The notes: generated by a model from the letters alone, not told the origin. 64,000 nucleotides of DNA from Felis catus (GCF_018350175.1 NC_058368.1:39496001-39560000), one strand, 5' to 3'. Positions 14,511 to 28,312 are shown, numbered from the stretch's first letter. Numbers and translations: made by a program.

Positions 14511-16009
14511 GTTGTTAAATAGTATGAGGAAAACAGTTACTCTAAAGGAGAAAGCTTGATAAAGCTTTAGAGACTTCATGACATTTAAGTTGATTGTGAC
14601 AGAGTGAAGGGAACACTTCCAGGTTGAATAAAAATCATTCACTACTTCATAGAAGTAAAGAAAAACCTATGATTTAGTGGAAGTATGTTTCTATTATTAA
14701 TACATGAGACTTTAAAGGATTTTCTATCTTAAGAAAATATAAATCATTTGGACCAGAAAACTCAAACTATTTGGGGGGGGGGGATGTCCACAAACTGCAA
14801 GGAAGTTGAAATGTTTGTCATTTGTCACTTAAATTATTTTAAGATTTTGTGGTGTGCTATACCATTCACTGTCAGTCATGGAATTATTATTATTGTTGTT
14901 GTTGTTACTGCTATTTTCAAAGTGACATAAGTCTACTGTAAGCAACTTCCATGCCAAAGATTTCTGCTGTGACATTACTCTTCACGGGGAAGGAAAAACG
15001 CCCTGCATAGCATTGTCTTCTACTCTGCCGCCATCAGATATATTGGGTAGGAAATGTCATTAGGTTTTCTTTCCAAATCTCATTACCAGCAAGGAGTACA
15101 TGTCAGGCTGAATAGCAAACATACCAGTTACCATTACAGGCTATCAACCCAAGGTAAAGACAGGCAGCTTTGGACAGCAGTCCTAGGTAACAGATTTTGC
15201 CTGGTGAAATCTGATGTCTTATTCTATCCCACTACCATTGACATTGTATCTATGGATGGAAACAACAGTAGGATTTTTCACCTGCTGCTTCATTTTGCCA
15301 GTGATGAAACAGTTGCATGACTTGTAGTTTTTCATTAAGGAAAAGAAAAACGGTATTATTAAAGAACAAATACTTCAGCTTTTGGAATTATAAATTAAGC
15401 GTGTAATGTATATCTCTACCTATATTAATCTATGTCTAGTAAGTCAGTATAACTTAAAACCAAATTTTATTGCACCTGCGAAAACAGCATTTACTATAAT
15501 AAATTCTACTGTTTATAGTGATTTTTTCTGTACCTTGCAGAGTAGTTCCTTTATAAATATGTTTTCATTCAAAGTTCACAATAGAGTAAATTTTAACATT
15601 AGGAAATGTTATTGGGAGTCGAAATGCCAAAGATGTACATGAGGTGAAAGCTCAAAGGAGTGTAATTACTGGAGAGAAAATGATCCCATCTACATAAAAT
15701 GCAGGGCCAGCCAGTGTTTCCGTGGATAGCAGTATTTCCATTGAACCATAGAGCTACCTATTGCTGTTGGCTTCTTTCAGAAGCATCTCTCAGCTTGGTA
15801 CTTAGAGCTACAAATTCATGGGCAACTTCTAATGGTCACAGACATACCTCTGGATGCAGCGATTGCATTTTGCTCAGCGCGTGTTTCTCTGAGGGATAGA
15901 AGAATTGAGGAACTCATTCTAGTTGGCTATCTGCTTTAGAGAAATTGTATTTTGGTAGAGAAGATTTGCATTTGTGTCTGATTATCAGAGATAATCTAAT
16001 AATGCAAAC

Positions 16010-16472
16010 TGTTAAAGAGAAATAGATCCATACACTTGTTGAAGGCAGTAAAGACAAATTTTATCTGGTACTTTTTCAATAGGAAGGAGAGATTTTGGTG
16101 TATCACTGAGCTCAACTCTAAGTTCAACAAGCACAATTTGGAATTCGTGGCCAAAGAGAAAAGTGACAAGGTCAGTAGATGGAAATTTTCTAAGAGGAGA
16201 GAATCATGAATAGGGAGATTTTCAGTAAGTTGGCTTAACAAGATTCATGCTAAAGGCAGGCCAAAGTGATCAGATATCAAGGGTTGTAATGAGGACTTTA
16301 AACAGATATCAAGGGGCATCAGATATCAACAATGCAGGCATTTGGGGGAGATTCTCCTTATACTTCCTTGGCAAGATTCTTGCCAAACTGGGCTAAGCAG
16401 GCTGAGGACAGGTCCAAGATGAAGCCTAATTGAAAAGAGGACTAAAATTGGTCAGTGAGACAGTCTTCATCA
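16010..16472 (-). mobile_element. Solo ERV1 LTR (MER31-like)
   Basis: TG...CA termini, 4-bp TSD AAAC (16006-16009 / 16473-16476), and repeated internal CAGATATCAA motifs. Confidence 0.75.
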
Positions 16473-17167
16473 AAACTCACATATCAAAGTCAGCATGTCC
16501 AAATTGGAGCTCTTTTTTCCCCCTCCTAAATCTGTTTCTCCCCAGCCTTTCATTTTATTTAAGGATACCACCAACCATCTTGTTGCTTATATAAAAGTCT
16601 CTGAAGTCTGATCCATTAGGAAATCCTGTGAGTGCTACTCAACAAGTATAGTTTGAACTCTCTACCTTCAATGACATAACCCTAATTCACAATACTATCA
16701 GTTCTCACATTGTTTTCTACACTTGCCTCCTTCCTGGTCTTTCTTATTCCATTCCCACCACCCCAACCTCCCAGTGAGAAAGTGTTTTAAGTGTAAACCA
16801 AACTCTGCTCAGACTTTTTAATGGCGTATGCAAGGAGAATAATAGCCAACATATTATTGAGTCTGAAAAGACCCTGCACAATTTGACTCCAACCCAGCCT
16901 CCAATATCAATTTCTTTCTACAGTCTCTTCTTCACTTTTGATGCTCTGAATATGCAGCCTCCTTAGTATTTTCATTAATATTCAACAAGCTTTGCATTTG
17001 CTGTTCCTTCCTCCTGAAAGTCTTACCTTGGCTTTTTGCAAAGTTCCCTGACTTCCTATCATTCATGTCATAATTTAAATTAAAATGCCAGGCAACTTTT
17101 TGTATCTGCTTTATTCTGCAGATTAAGATTTCTAGATTCTTCCTCCTCTCAATACCTATCACACCCA

Positions 17168-17538
17168 TCTTAGTCACCTTGGGCTACCAGAAAAAAAGTA
17201 CCATGGACTGGGTGGCTTAACAACAGATATTTATTTTCTCACAAGTTTGAATGCTGGGAGTCCAAGATCAAGATGCCAGTATGATTGGGTTCTTGTCAGA
17301 GCCTTTTTCCTGGTTTGCAGACTGTTGCCTTCTCACTGTATCTTCACATAGAAGAGAGAAAGAAAGCCCTGGTGTCTCCTCCTCTTCTTATAAAAGCATA
17401 TTCCATCAGGATGACTCCGCCTTCATGACCTTATCTAAGCTTAATTACCTTCCAAAGGCCCCACTAAATACCATCACACTGAGTATTAGAGCTTCAATAT
17501 ATGATTTTGGGGGGAACATAAATGTTTGGTCCATAACA
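17168..17538. mobile_element. MaLR solo LTR (MLT1A-like)
   Basis: ctgggtggcttaacaacaga...tttattttctcaca...gtccaagatcaag...ccataaca. Confidence 0.8.
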
Positions 17539-17850
17539 GCCCAAGTTAATAAAATTAAAAAGATATGAAATCCCATCTCATTTAGACCAAACTAAAAATA
17601 AATGATTGCATATTAAATATTAGTAATGTAAACCCTCAAGTTTTCAAATTGCATTCAATCACATTTGAATGTGAATGAATCACATTTGAATCACATAGCA
17701 AAATTGTACAGCTACCCTTAGCATTCAGTACACATACACATATACATGTATGAACACCCATTTCCTCTGATCTTACTCTACATTCTCTGTAAAATCATTC
17801 CAAGGAATAGGCAATGTCTTTCCTGCTACTCCAGGATGAGTAAACTGGTA

Positions 17851-17852
<2 letters not shown>

Positions 17853-17899
<47 letters not shown>

Positions 17900-17936
17900 T
17901 AGATGTAGATAGGTATAGATATACATATAAATATCT

Positions 17937-17975
<39 letters not shown>
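17853..17975. repeat. (CT)n and (GT)n microsatellites
   Basis: Seen directly. Confidence 0.95.
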
Positions 17976-17978
<3 letters not shown>

Positions 17979-17993
17979 GGGGGAGATTCTGTC

Positions 17994-18325
17994 TTTTTTT
18001 TTCAAGTTTCATTGAGAAATAAATGACATACATCACTATATCAGTTTAAGGCATACAACATAATAGTTTGATTTACAAATATTATAAATATGATTACTAC
18101 AGTAGGTTCAGCTAATATCCATCTTCTTATATGGATACAATAAAAGGAAAAGAAAGAAGGGGAAAAATGTTTCTCCTTGTTGTGAGAACTCTGAGGATTT
18201 ACTTTCTTGTGTATATCACACAGCACTGGTAGGCATAGTCATCATGCACATTACATCCCTAGTATTTATTTACCTTATATTTGTAAATTTGTACCTTTTG
18301 ACCACCTTCTGTTAATTTCCCCCAA
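17994..18325 (-). mobile_element. Old L1 3'UTR fragment
   Basis: PolyT followed by antisense L1 3'UTR-like sequence (attgagaaataaatgacata...ttgtaccttttgaccacc). Confidence 0.7.
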
Positions 18326-18508
18326 TTGGTTGTTTTAATAAACCAATTCAATACAAGATTTAACTTGGAACATTGATGTATTTTTATTAGATAACACATG
18401 TGAATAATCACCTTACCCAAACAAGAACTATTAGGTATATTTATAGGGAGAAGGTAAACAATGACTTAATAATTTTAACCATCATTACAATAATGACTCT
18501 GTTTAGTC

Positions 18509-19343
18509 TTTTTTTTTACTAGGCAAAGAACTTTATTAATCTTGTCTCAAACTTTATTCCCAGGCTTCTTCAGCTTAATTAGCTGCAAAGAATGAATTGT
18601 GTATAAGCAAAAACTGAAAAGAGCTGCAGTATCCAAGAGGCTTGGGCTTAAAAATATTAGAGATCTAGAATTTATCAGATCCATGAACAAAATTTTTAAA
18701 AAGCAGTCATAATATAAAATAGCAGCTCCCAGTAACTTCTTCAAGTTTTATCTTCTTCAGAAGTTGACTCATCTCCGTTTGCTCCATTCTTGGAAGCGTC
18801 ATCAAAATTCTCCATAAGATCTGGAACTTCATCATCATTACCCTCTCCGGTAGCAAGTGGTGCCTTTCCATCCACAGATTGTTTGGGCAGAGCTTCAGCC
18901 AGCCTTCTTAACCTCGTCAGACTGTCTGCACCAAGTTGGTTTAAGATAATGGGCAGCATTTCTGTCAGCTGCTTTGTCTCAGCGCAGCCTGTAATGGTGA
19001 AAGTGTTCACTGCCAGGGATGCCTGAACTTTAGGGTTGTTCAAGTGGTCACTGTTCCGTGGTTTGTGAACATACTTCTTCAAAACCAGAGATATTGTTTA
19101 CCCCTAACTTCTTTAAGGAGAACTGAAGTTTTTTTATCATCTGCTGTAGCTGTTCTATGAACCACCTTCTTCTTTCGCGAGCAGTTCCTTTCCCACCAAT
19201 GCACACTTGTGCTTGCAGTTTGGTGAGTTTCTCTTGGTTCTTGATAGTTTCTGTCATCTTGTTGGAGCGGAAACGGGACCGCGCCTGGGACTAGGGTTGG
19301 CGCTCAGGGGGCCTCGGGTGGGCCAGCTGAAATTAGGCGCCTA
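18509..19343 (-). pseudogene. BTF3: Processed pseudogene of BTF3 (beta-NAC), short isoform
   Basis: Intronless. The original CDS spans about 19257-18774 across shifting frames: [62 protein letters not shown]...[16 protein letters not shown]...EVPDL. Several frameshifts, and the stop has mutated to GGA. Has 5'UTR, 3'UTR, AATAAA (18532-18537), polyA remnant (18509-18517) and TSD actctgtttagtctt (18496-18510) / attctgtttattctt (19344-19358). Confidence 0.97.
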
Positions 19344-19489
19344 ATTCTGTTTATTCTTCTGCAAGTATCATCCTAAACACTTTTACATCGCATTTTTTGT
19401 TTGCTTTAAATTGTTCAGTACACACACAGGTATACAGAAACACACAATGAAGCAGGGGCTACTAGGAAATATTTCTTTTAATCAATGAA

Positions 19490-21645
19490 TAATTTAGAAC
19501 GTACAATAGGTTTCTGTTGCCTTTCTGTTATTGATTTCTAGTTTTATTCCATTATCATCAGAGAATACACTCTGTGGGATGCCAGTTCTTTTAAGTTTAT
19601 TGAGGCTTGTTTTAGGATACAAAATATGACCTATCTTGGTGAATGTCTTATTGGTGCCTAAAATAAAATTGTGTATTCTCCTGTTGTTGAGTGGATTGTT
19701 CAATATATATATCAATTAGATACTGTTTATTGATTGTGTTCTTCAGATCATCTACGTCCTTTTAAATTTTCTTTCTAGTAGTTTTATCAGTTTCCAAGAG
19801 GGGTGTTGAAAACTGTAATTGTGGATTTGTTTATTTCTCTTTTCAACTCAGTTTTTATGTATTTTTGAAGTTTTATTTTTTAGTGTGTACACTTTTATGT
19901 CTTCCTGCTGAATTGAACTTTTATCATTATTTAATGTCCTTCTATGTCTCATATAATTTTATTTGTTCTATGGTCTAATTTACATATAGGTATATACATA
20001 TATAGCCATTTACGTTTGTTTTAAATTAATGTTTTAAATTAATGTTACATGGCATTTATTTTTTCCATTCTTTTACTTTCAATTTGTCAATATCATTGAA
20101 TTTGTAGTGAGCTTCTTATAATTTGAATATATATGGGACAATTTTTAAAATCCAATGTCTGGTTTTTGATTTGTGTATTTATATCTTATACATCTAAAGT
20201 GATTACTGATACATTAGTGCTTTACTCTGCCATTTTTATTATTTTCTTTATTTCTTGTTTCCTCTATTCAAGACTTCCTGTGTGTTACTTGAGTAGTTTT
20301 TTTAAAGATTTTGTCTTGTTTTATCCACAGATATTCCTCAATTTATGATAGGGTTATGGCCCAACTATGTTACTGTGTAGCTGACTGGGAGCTCAGTCAG
20401 CTGAGCTGGGAGCTCAGCTTGCTGCCACTGCCCAGAATCACAAGAGACTCTACCAAACATTGCTAGCCTGGGAAAAGATCCAAATACAAAATTGAAAGTA
20501 GTTTCTGCTAAATGCGTATCAGTTTTGCACCATCATAAAGTTGACATATCCGAAATTGAGCCCTCATAAGTTGGAGACCATCCGTACAGTGTTTTTGAGT
20601 ATTGTATTTGCGTTGTATCTGTTGTACTTGCTATGGGTATTACAATATACATGTGTGACAGTGCAGTCTACATGTTCTGTGTTTTACCACTTCAGGTCAA
20701 GTATGAAAATTTCATTTCTACTTATATCCCTTGACATTCTCTAGTAAAACATTATCATGATTATCAGATGTTATAAGTTTAGTTTCAACCATCCAACATG
20801 ACATAAAATCCACGAGGAAAGGGCGCTGTATTGTGTGTGCGTATACTTCTGCCCTACGTACCACACTGATCCTCTGGGACTCTCTTTCATCATGTCTTTT
20901 CTGCTCAAAGAACTTCTTTCAGCCAATCTTAAAGTGGGTCTTGTAGCAAAACATTCTTTAGTTTTCCTTCATCTGAGAATTTCCTCATGTCCCCTTCATT
21001 CCTGAGGGTATAGTTTTCACCAGATACAGAATTCATAATAGGTAGTTGTTTCCTTCCAGCATTTGGAAAACTGTGTATCACTTTGTTCTGCCCTCCATGA
21101 TTTCAGATGCATTCTTTGGCATTCAGTTCTCTGACATTCTTTACCTACTGGTAATACATCATTTTTCTCTAGCTGCTTTCAAGGTTCGTGGGTTTTTTGT
21201 TTTTTTTTTTTTTGCTTTTTGTTTGTTTTTTGTTTTGTTTTGTGTTTTATCCTCTCTAGCTTTTAGAAGTGTAAATATGATGTGCCTTTGGCATAGATTT
21301 CTTTGGGATTATCCTGTTTGGGATTTGGTCAACTGCCAGAATGTGTAAATTTGTGTTTTTGCCAAATTTGGAAAGTTTGCATCTATATTACTGCTTAAAA
21401 TAGTATTTTAATGTCATTTTTTTTTCTTTTCCCTCTGGGATTGTGATGTTAGGAATATTGGGAATTTTGTTGTTATCCCACAGATCCTTGAAACTCCATT
21501 TCTTGTCTCGTTTCTCTTCACTGTTCAGGTTGGGTAAATTTTATGAATCTGTCCTCAAGTTCACTGATTCAGTCAACTGTCATCTCTACCACTGGGCCCT
21601 TCCATTTTGTTATTTCTGTTCTTGTATGTTTTCATTTCTATAATC
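19490..21645 (-). mobile_element. Ancient L1 (L1M) fragment covering the ORF2 endonuclease and ORF1 region, interrupted by a MITE
   Basis: The ORF at 19494-19715 reads TFTKIGHILYPKTSLNKLKRTGIPQSVFSDDNGIKLEINNRK, homologous to ORF2 EN ([11 protein letters not shown]...[11 protein letters not shown]). Upstream is a T-rich antisense ORF1-like sequence. Confidence 0.8.
20328..20584. mobile_element. Tigger-type MITE (MER47/Tigger5-like)
   Basis: Degenerate TIRs cagatattcctcaatttatga / tcataagttggagaccatccg followed by TA. Internal gctgactgggagctc...gggaaaagatccaaa motif. Confidence 0.7.
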
Positions 21646-22096
21646 CGTTATATATATATATATGTATATATATACACATACACACATATATATATATGAA
21701 AATTAAAATTTTTTAATTAATAAACTTTATTTTTAAAGTAATTTGAAATTTTCAGAAAAATTGAGCAGAAAGTATAGAGCTCCCACATACCACTTCATCT
21801 GACCCCCAAACATATATACAGTTTCCCCCATTATTAACATCATGCATTAGTGTGGCACACATTGGTTACAATCAATGAGTCAATATTGACATATTATTAT
21901 CAACTAAAGTCCATACTTTACATTAGGGTTCATTCTTTTTGTTGTAAATTCTATGGGTTTTAACAAATGTATGGTGACTTGTATCCACCCTAACAGTATC
22001 ATATTGAAAAATTTTACTACACTAACAATTCCCTGTGTTTCACTTATTCATCCCCCTCTCCCTTCCCTAGAACGCTTGGCAACTATTGATCTTTTT

Positions 22097-22309
22097 TTTT
22101 TAATTTTTTTAACATTTATTTTTGAAGGAGAGAGAGACAGAGCATGAGCGGGGGAGGGGTAGAGAGAGAGGGAGACACAGAATCCAAAGCAGGCTGCAGA
22201 ATCTGAACCATCAACACAGAGCCCAGTGTGGGACTTGAACCCATGAACTGTGAGATCATGACCTGGGCCAAAGTCAGACAGTTAACCGACTGAGCCACCC
22301 AGGTGCCCC
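22097..22309 (-). mobile_element. Can-SINE
   Basis: Full head, body and tail. TSD gcaactattgatcttttt (22079-22096 / 22312-22329). Confidence 0.95.
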
Positions 22310-22945
22310 AAGCAACTATTGATCTTTTTACTGTATCTTTAGTTTTCTTTGGTCAAGAATGTCACATAATTGGAATTATATAGTACATCACCTTTTCAGA
22401 TAGATTTATTTCTTTAGCAATACAAAATTAAAATTCCCATTCTTTTCATGGCTTGATAGCTTTTTCCTGGAGGGGCACTGAATATATTTCTTCTATCACT
22501 GTACAACAGTTTGTTCACCTTGAAGGGCATCTTTGTGTCTTCTAAGTTTTGGCAATTATGGATTAAATTGCTATTAAACATTTATGCGCAGGTTTTATGT
22601 GGACATACTTTTTAATGTATTCTAGTAAACACTAAGGATCATATGATAATTATGTTTAGGTTTGCAGAAGACTGCCAAACTGTTTTCAGCGTGGCTGTAT
22701 TGTTTTATATTTCCACCAGTAATGAATAAGGGTTTCTTTTGCAGCATATTTTCTCCAGCATTTGGTGTTACCAATGTTCTGGAGTTTGGCCATCCTAATA
22801 GATGTACAGAGATACATCATTGCTTTAATTTTCTCTCTTGATAGCTGATGTTGAATAATACCTCATATGCTTATTTTCCATTTGTGTAACTTCTTTGGTG
22901 AAGTATCTCTTAGATCTTTTGATCATTTTAAAATTGGGTTGTTTA

Positions 22946-23143
22946 GGGGCACCTGAATGGCTCAGTTGGATAAGCATCTGACTTTGGCTCAAGTCATGGT
23001 CTCCCAATTCGTGAGTTCAAGCCCCATGTTGGGCTCTGTGTTGACAGCTCAGAGCCTAGAGCCCATTTTGGACTCTGTGTCTCCCTCTCTTCCTACCCCT
23101 TCCCCAACTTGCACTTTCTTTCTCAAAAATAAATAAACATTTT
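22946..23143 (+). mobile_element. Can-SINE
   Basis: GGGGCACCTGAATGGCTCAG head. Degenerate TSD aaattgggttgttt / aaatggtttgttt. Confidence 0.93.
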
Positions 23144-23494
23144 AAAAATGGTTTGTTTGTTGGCTTATTGTTGAGTTTCAAGAGTCCTTTGTGTATTTTA
23201 GATACCAGTCTTTTACCAGATGTGAGTTATGCAGAGATTTCCTCCAGTGTGTGGCTTGTTCATTCTCCTAAGGGATCTCAAAACAATAACAACATACAGC
23301 CTTATTGTGATATAATTCACATACCATACAGTTTATGCCACTAAAATATATAGTTTTCTCCATACTTTGGTCATGCTAATATAACTATATCCACACAATA
23401 CAAAAGTACGTGAAATTTATCTTGGTGTATGATTTTTATTTTGCTTTCAGAATTTATACTCATTATAAGAAATTAAACTCATAATGAAATAGAT

Positions 23495-23497
<3 letters not shown>

Positions 23498-23540
<43 letters not shown>
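23498..23540. repeat. (TA)n microsatellite
   Basis: Seen directly. Confidence 0.95.
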
Positions 23541-23543
<3 letters not shown>

Positions 23544-24965
23544 TAATAATTTGAAATGTCCGGATACATCTGTATTTGTGTAAGAGAGGCAGGGTAGAAA
23601 AGCTTATCTATCACAATACACCTTTCACTTTTTTTCATGTTTTGAAAGCACCATCTATTATAACACCTCTTGGACGTTTATATGCTAAAGTAGCCAGCCT
23701 AATTCACAGCAGGATTGATCTGCTTGATTCTGACATTCAAACAAAATGAAATTCTGAGATTCCAACATAAAAAGTACACACATTTAACTTTTATTTTGGT
23801 AGAGAGCTGAGCAAGCAAGGATTTCTACCAGTAATGCTGTTTCTTGTGTTGCTTTTTGAATGCATAGAATACTGCTGTGGTTTTCATGGGAAGTGCCTTA
23901 GCACAAGAATCTTTATTCTAAAGGTGCAAGAGTAAATTCATCTTGGTACAGTCTAAAACTTTAAACTCTAACTCATCCAGAGTTCAGGTAAGCCAAGCAC
24001 ATGGACACCATGTCCCTATTAACTAATCTGCCTTAAGTATATAAACTATCCTCAGATCTCTAGCGTAGATTTTAGGTCAGTCCTCTAACTGGGTCCCTGC
24101 CTCTAAGAACATATATTAATGTGTTACTTTTCTTTTTGTTTCTAAAGAATATTAAAATATCTTCTTATATAAAGTGATATTTTGTTTAAAGAAGTTAGGT
24201 AAACAAGTTATGACCACTTTAAAATGCATAACTTTTTTTTTTTTTTTAATGAAGGCATCACTCTTTCAGTTTCAGTGAAATAACGGTAGTGGGAGTAAAG
24301 CCTCTACTTGGGTCAGTGCTAAGATGCCAGCATTGATTGAAGGACCCCCATGTCCTTGGAGAGCTCAGTATCTCAGCTCTTAGTCCAGAAGGGGAAGTCA
24401 ATGAGGAAACTGCTAATTACAACAAAGTGTGATACATATCAGGATAGAAAAGAAAGAACAGAGTTCTGCATGTTCACAGACATGGGAAAAATGTAACAGG
24501 CATATTTATTATCCAGTATCACTGATACATATACCTCAAATAACAATCATACACAAAAAGAAGGAGAGATAATCTTCTTAGTGTTAAATTTAGGGAGATG
24601 TCTCTGTCTAGGTATTTTTCATTGTGAACTTCTATGATGTGGGTTTGTGATGAAATAAATCTTGAACTCTAGGTATTAAGTTTGGAAACTTTTGATAAAG
24701 AGCAGTTTGGGTTGGCTGAAGCTTTTTCTACTTGAGTATGAAATTTTATCCCTGGAAAGCTAGATCTGACCTTGGTTTAGACTTGAAGAGCTAGTGAATA
24801 TATTTTGTGATGGGTTTATTCTAAGATCTATGTTTAAGGAGTTCTTCAAAGTGTTAGAAAGAGGTTCTCTGAAGAGCCATCTAGAATATCTTCTCTAGTA
24901 CACCAATGCAGAAAAAGATGTAGAAACTCAGAATCCCTTTGCAAAAATATGTTTGTGTACTGGGA

Positions 24966-25469
24966 ATGGTAGGCGGAATTCTAATATGGAACCCATGTTC
25001 TCCAATTGCTGGGTGTTATTCCTTGTAATACTCTCCACTTGAGTGGATGTGACACATGACTCACCTGTATAAGTAACATATGGCAAAGGTGATGGGCATG
25101 GGATGTCATCCCCATGATTTGGTTATACATGATTATCTGTCTATATATGAATTAGGTAGACTCTCCTGCTGGTTTTGAAGAAAAAGCTGCCCAGGGGCTG
25201 AACTGCCCGGGGAAAGAGAGCAACATGGCAAGCTATTTTTTTTTTTTTTTTGTCCTACAATGTCAGGGAACTGAAATGTGCCAATAACCATGCGAGCTTG
25301 AAAGAGGAGTGCTCACTTGAGCTGTGTTGAGACTTCCGACACACAGAAACTGGGAAAGTTAATAGATATAATAAGTTAGTAGAGTTAGAGAAATAACAAA
25401 TGGTAAATGGTGTGGTTTTAAGCCTCTAATTTTGTGATGATTTTCTATGTAACATAGAAAAACAATATA
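24966..25469 (+). mobile_element. MaLR solo LTR (MLT1E/F-like)
   Basis: Starts ggtaggcggaattctaatatgg, has internal atggcaaaggtgatggg, and ends gttttaagcctctaattttgtg...aacaata. Confidence 0.7.
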
Positions 25470-25711
25470 CAGTAAAACCTTGGTTTGCGAGCATAATCCT
25501 TTCCAGAAACATGCTTGTATTCCAAAGCATTTGTATATCAAAGCGAATTTTAAGAACCATTGACTCAATTGTGATCATGTGACATTCGGTGTCTGGTTCT
25601 ACTCGTATTTCAAGACATCGCTTGTTCATGAAGTTAAAATTTATTAGAAATATTTGTTTGTCTTGTGGAACACTGGCAGAAAAAAGGTTACTCTCAATCC
25701 AAGCTTTTATG
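25470..25711. mobile_element. TcMar/Tigger-type MITE
   Basis: TIRs CAGTAAAACCTTGGTTTGCGAG / CTCTCAATCCAAGCTTTTATG with TA on both sides. Confidence 0.8.
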
Positions 25712-28095
25712 TACTTACTAAGAATGTTTCTATGTATCTCAATCTCTCCCCAAACTACACTTGGTTAAAGGTGGTATAGAATTCCTTTGTATTAAGAATT
25801 GATTTCAGTAGTATGTTGAAGGAAACAAAATGAAAACATTTTAAGTCTTGTATTTATTTTACTTTCATATAATGGAAAAGTCTTCAAGAAAATACCGAAA
25901 GCCGCTTTGATAACTCGACTGAGGCACTGGGGACCCAGGCTCCTTCCAGCCCTCTTCAGCCTTTATCCTGATGTTTACAGGATGACTGCTGAAGCCTAAG
26001 ACATATTCATGGTCCAGGAAGCAAGAACAATGAGACATGGGCAAAAGTTTGCCTAAGGGGACAGTCCCCTTTTTAAGGAACACTTCTAGAAGGACAACTC
26101 AGCAACTTTTACTTCTATTCCTTTAGCTACAATTTAGCCAACTAGCCGTCCCTATTTGCAATAAACACTAGAAAATATAGCTTTTTATTCAGGCAAGTCG
26201 TTCTTCCAACAAACCTGGATTTCCGTTAGTAAAGGAGAAGAGAAACATGATATTCTGGCACATTAGATATATATTTTATATCAATATGTATTTCTTATCT
26301 GAAAAAGTTTTGAATAATGAGTATTATTTTATGTAATAGAAACATGAGGAAAGTTTTAAATATTTTTCTTATGTGAAAAAATTTAGGTTCTGATCATATG
26401 AGCAAGTAATTTACTAAATACTCGCTTCTGCAAATTAACTGATTTTCAATTATGAATAATGACTTAGTAGGCTATAATCATTCCTTCTTTGCAAATAGAA
26501 ATGCATTTTTCTTCATACCTATTGAACTCATTTATTCTGATTTATTGGGAAATGTATTTTGTGATAATTACAAATCATCTGTGATGATTCAATGAGTACC
26601 ACATTGGTTTTAATAATTTTCTCATTTATCCTCAGTATCCTATGTTTCATTTTCAATAAGTAGGAATGCTGGAGACTAGAATATATTTCTTGTAATGCTC
26701 TTCAACAGTAATTACTTCTTAACATCATTAAAAATTAAAACATATATTTTTTAAAAAATATTGATAGATTGACTAAAATAAAACATTGCCAAGCAAAACA
26801 TCTACTTCATCCTCATTCTATTTCTACTGTATCCAGTGTCCTCTCACTGTTAAGATTATTCAAAATTTTAAATTGGGTAGAAGTTTTATATTTTTTCAAC
26901 AATAATTTGGTGAAAGTAGTGAAGAGTGTTTCTTGGAAAATGGTTATAGAAATAGATGCTGGGAAATTATTTATTGGAGCTCTTTTGAGGGTGACAAATA
27001 ATTACACCTCTGCTTTGCCCATTCCAAGGCTAAAACCAGTTGAGAACTAAGAAACGCAACTTGAGAAATGAAGATTAAATATGCTATATCTCCGATAAAC
27101 CTGATTAATAACATACCTTAGGTTTAAGAGAAGGTGTGCTTCATCAGACCTCCATCACTGAATTGAATTTACTCATATAGTTGCAGGTAAAGAAGGACAA
27201 CTGTAGATGCTACCCAAAGGATGGTAGAACACTTACCTCCTGGCAGAGGTGAATACGTGCATCCAGGATCAGCTTCTCCAAAGATCTCCAAAGAGAACTC
27301 AGGAGTTCCTAAGCTACTTATTCACATGTGTTTCCTTCTGTTCAGTTCTCACTGAACTAGAGAGATTTGGCATTGGGTGGAAACTACAGCTGCTCTCAGA
27401 TTTTTTTCTTCTAGAGAATTGAAGTCAACTCTCCTCTATAGAACAGAGAGAGCAGAGGATATGTGTTTCTCCCTAGAAATTTTATGATATTAACAGTGCT
27501 GCTTTTAGTTAAGTTCTTTAAGTGTTTGAGCACAAAGTTCTCTTAATATGGTACATATTGAACCTTAGTAATAATAACTTCCTCTAAGTGAAGGTTTATT
27601 TATTTACACACTTTGTTAAATATTATGCATTCATTAGGTCACTCCCTGGTTGTTGTTGTTGTTGTTGTTTTTCCCCTCAGATGATGAAACTGAGGCTCAT
27701 TCAGATCTGACAAGAAAATTGTTCAAGATTTCATGTAACGAAATTGTTAATCTAAGCTCCTGTTAGTCTAATTCCAAATTCCATTTCTTTAAACACTATG
27801 CAATCTACTCCACCCCACTGAGGACTAACATCACCAATAAAACTTGGAATTGCCATATTGGAAACTGTTTCAAATAAATACAGGAACAAAAAGATGTGTT
27901 TGTTAATATTATTCAGAGTCTTCAAGAATTTCCAATTTTTAAATGGTCTTTAAAGCCCTCTGCATTTATTTTAAAAAGTAACATTAAAAACATAACTGAT
28001 GGATGAAAAATATACATATATGTGTCTATATCGTTTCCATTTTTCATATAACTGCAAAATGAATGTAAACTTTGTATGTTACAATATGAATTTTA

Positions 28096-28244
28096 GGGAC
28101 ACCTGGATGTCTCAGTCAGTTAAGATCCGAATCTTGATTTCAGCTAGGTTATGATCTCACTGTTGGTGGGATGGAGTCCCAGCTGACAATGAGGAGCCTG
28201 TTTGGGACTCTGTCTCTCCCTCTTTCTCTGCTCCTCCCTTGCTG

Positions 28245-28281
<37 letters not shown>

Positions 28282-28312
28282 AAATAAATAAATAAACTTA
28301 AAAAGAAAAACA
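28096..28312 (+). mobile_element. Can-SINE (older)
   Basis: Diverged head, long (CT)n tract and (AAAT)n tail. Confidence 0.9.

Larger units (their letters stand above)
21710..23270 (-). mobile_element. Old L1 3' portion (L1MB/L1MC-like) carrying two SINE insertions
   Basis: Antisense 3'UTR and ORF2 end (RYFTKEVTQMENKHMR, homologous to [16 protein letters not shown]). Confidence 0.8.

Noticed and set aside
27232..27268. acttacctcctggcagagg resembles the 5' end of U1 snRNA
   Set aside because: Similarity needs a gap and fades after about 25 nt. There is no Sm site, polyA or TSD, so chance is likely.
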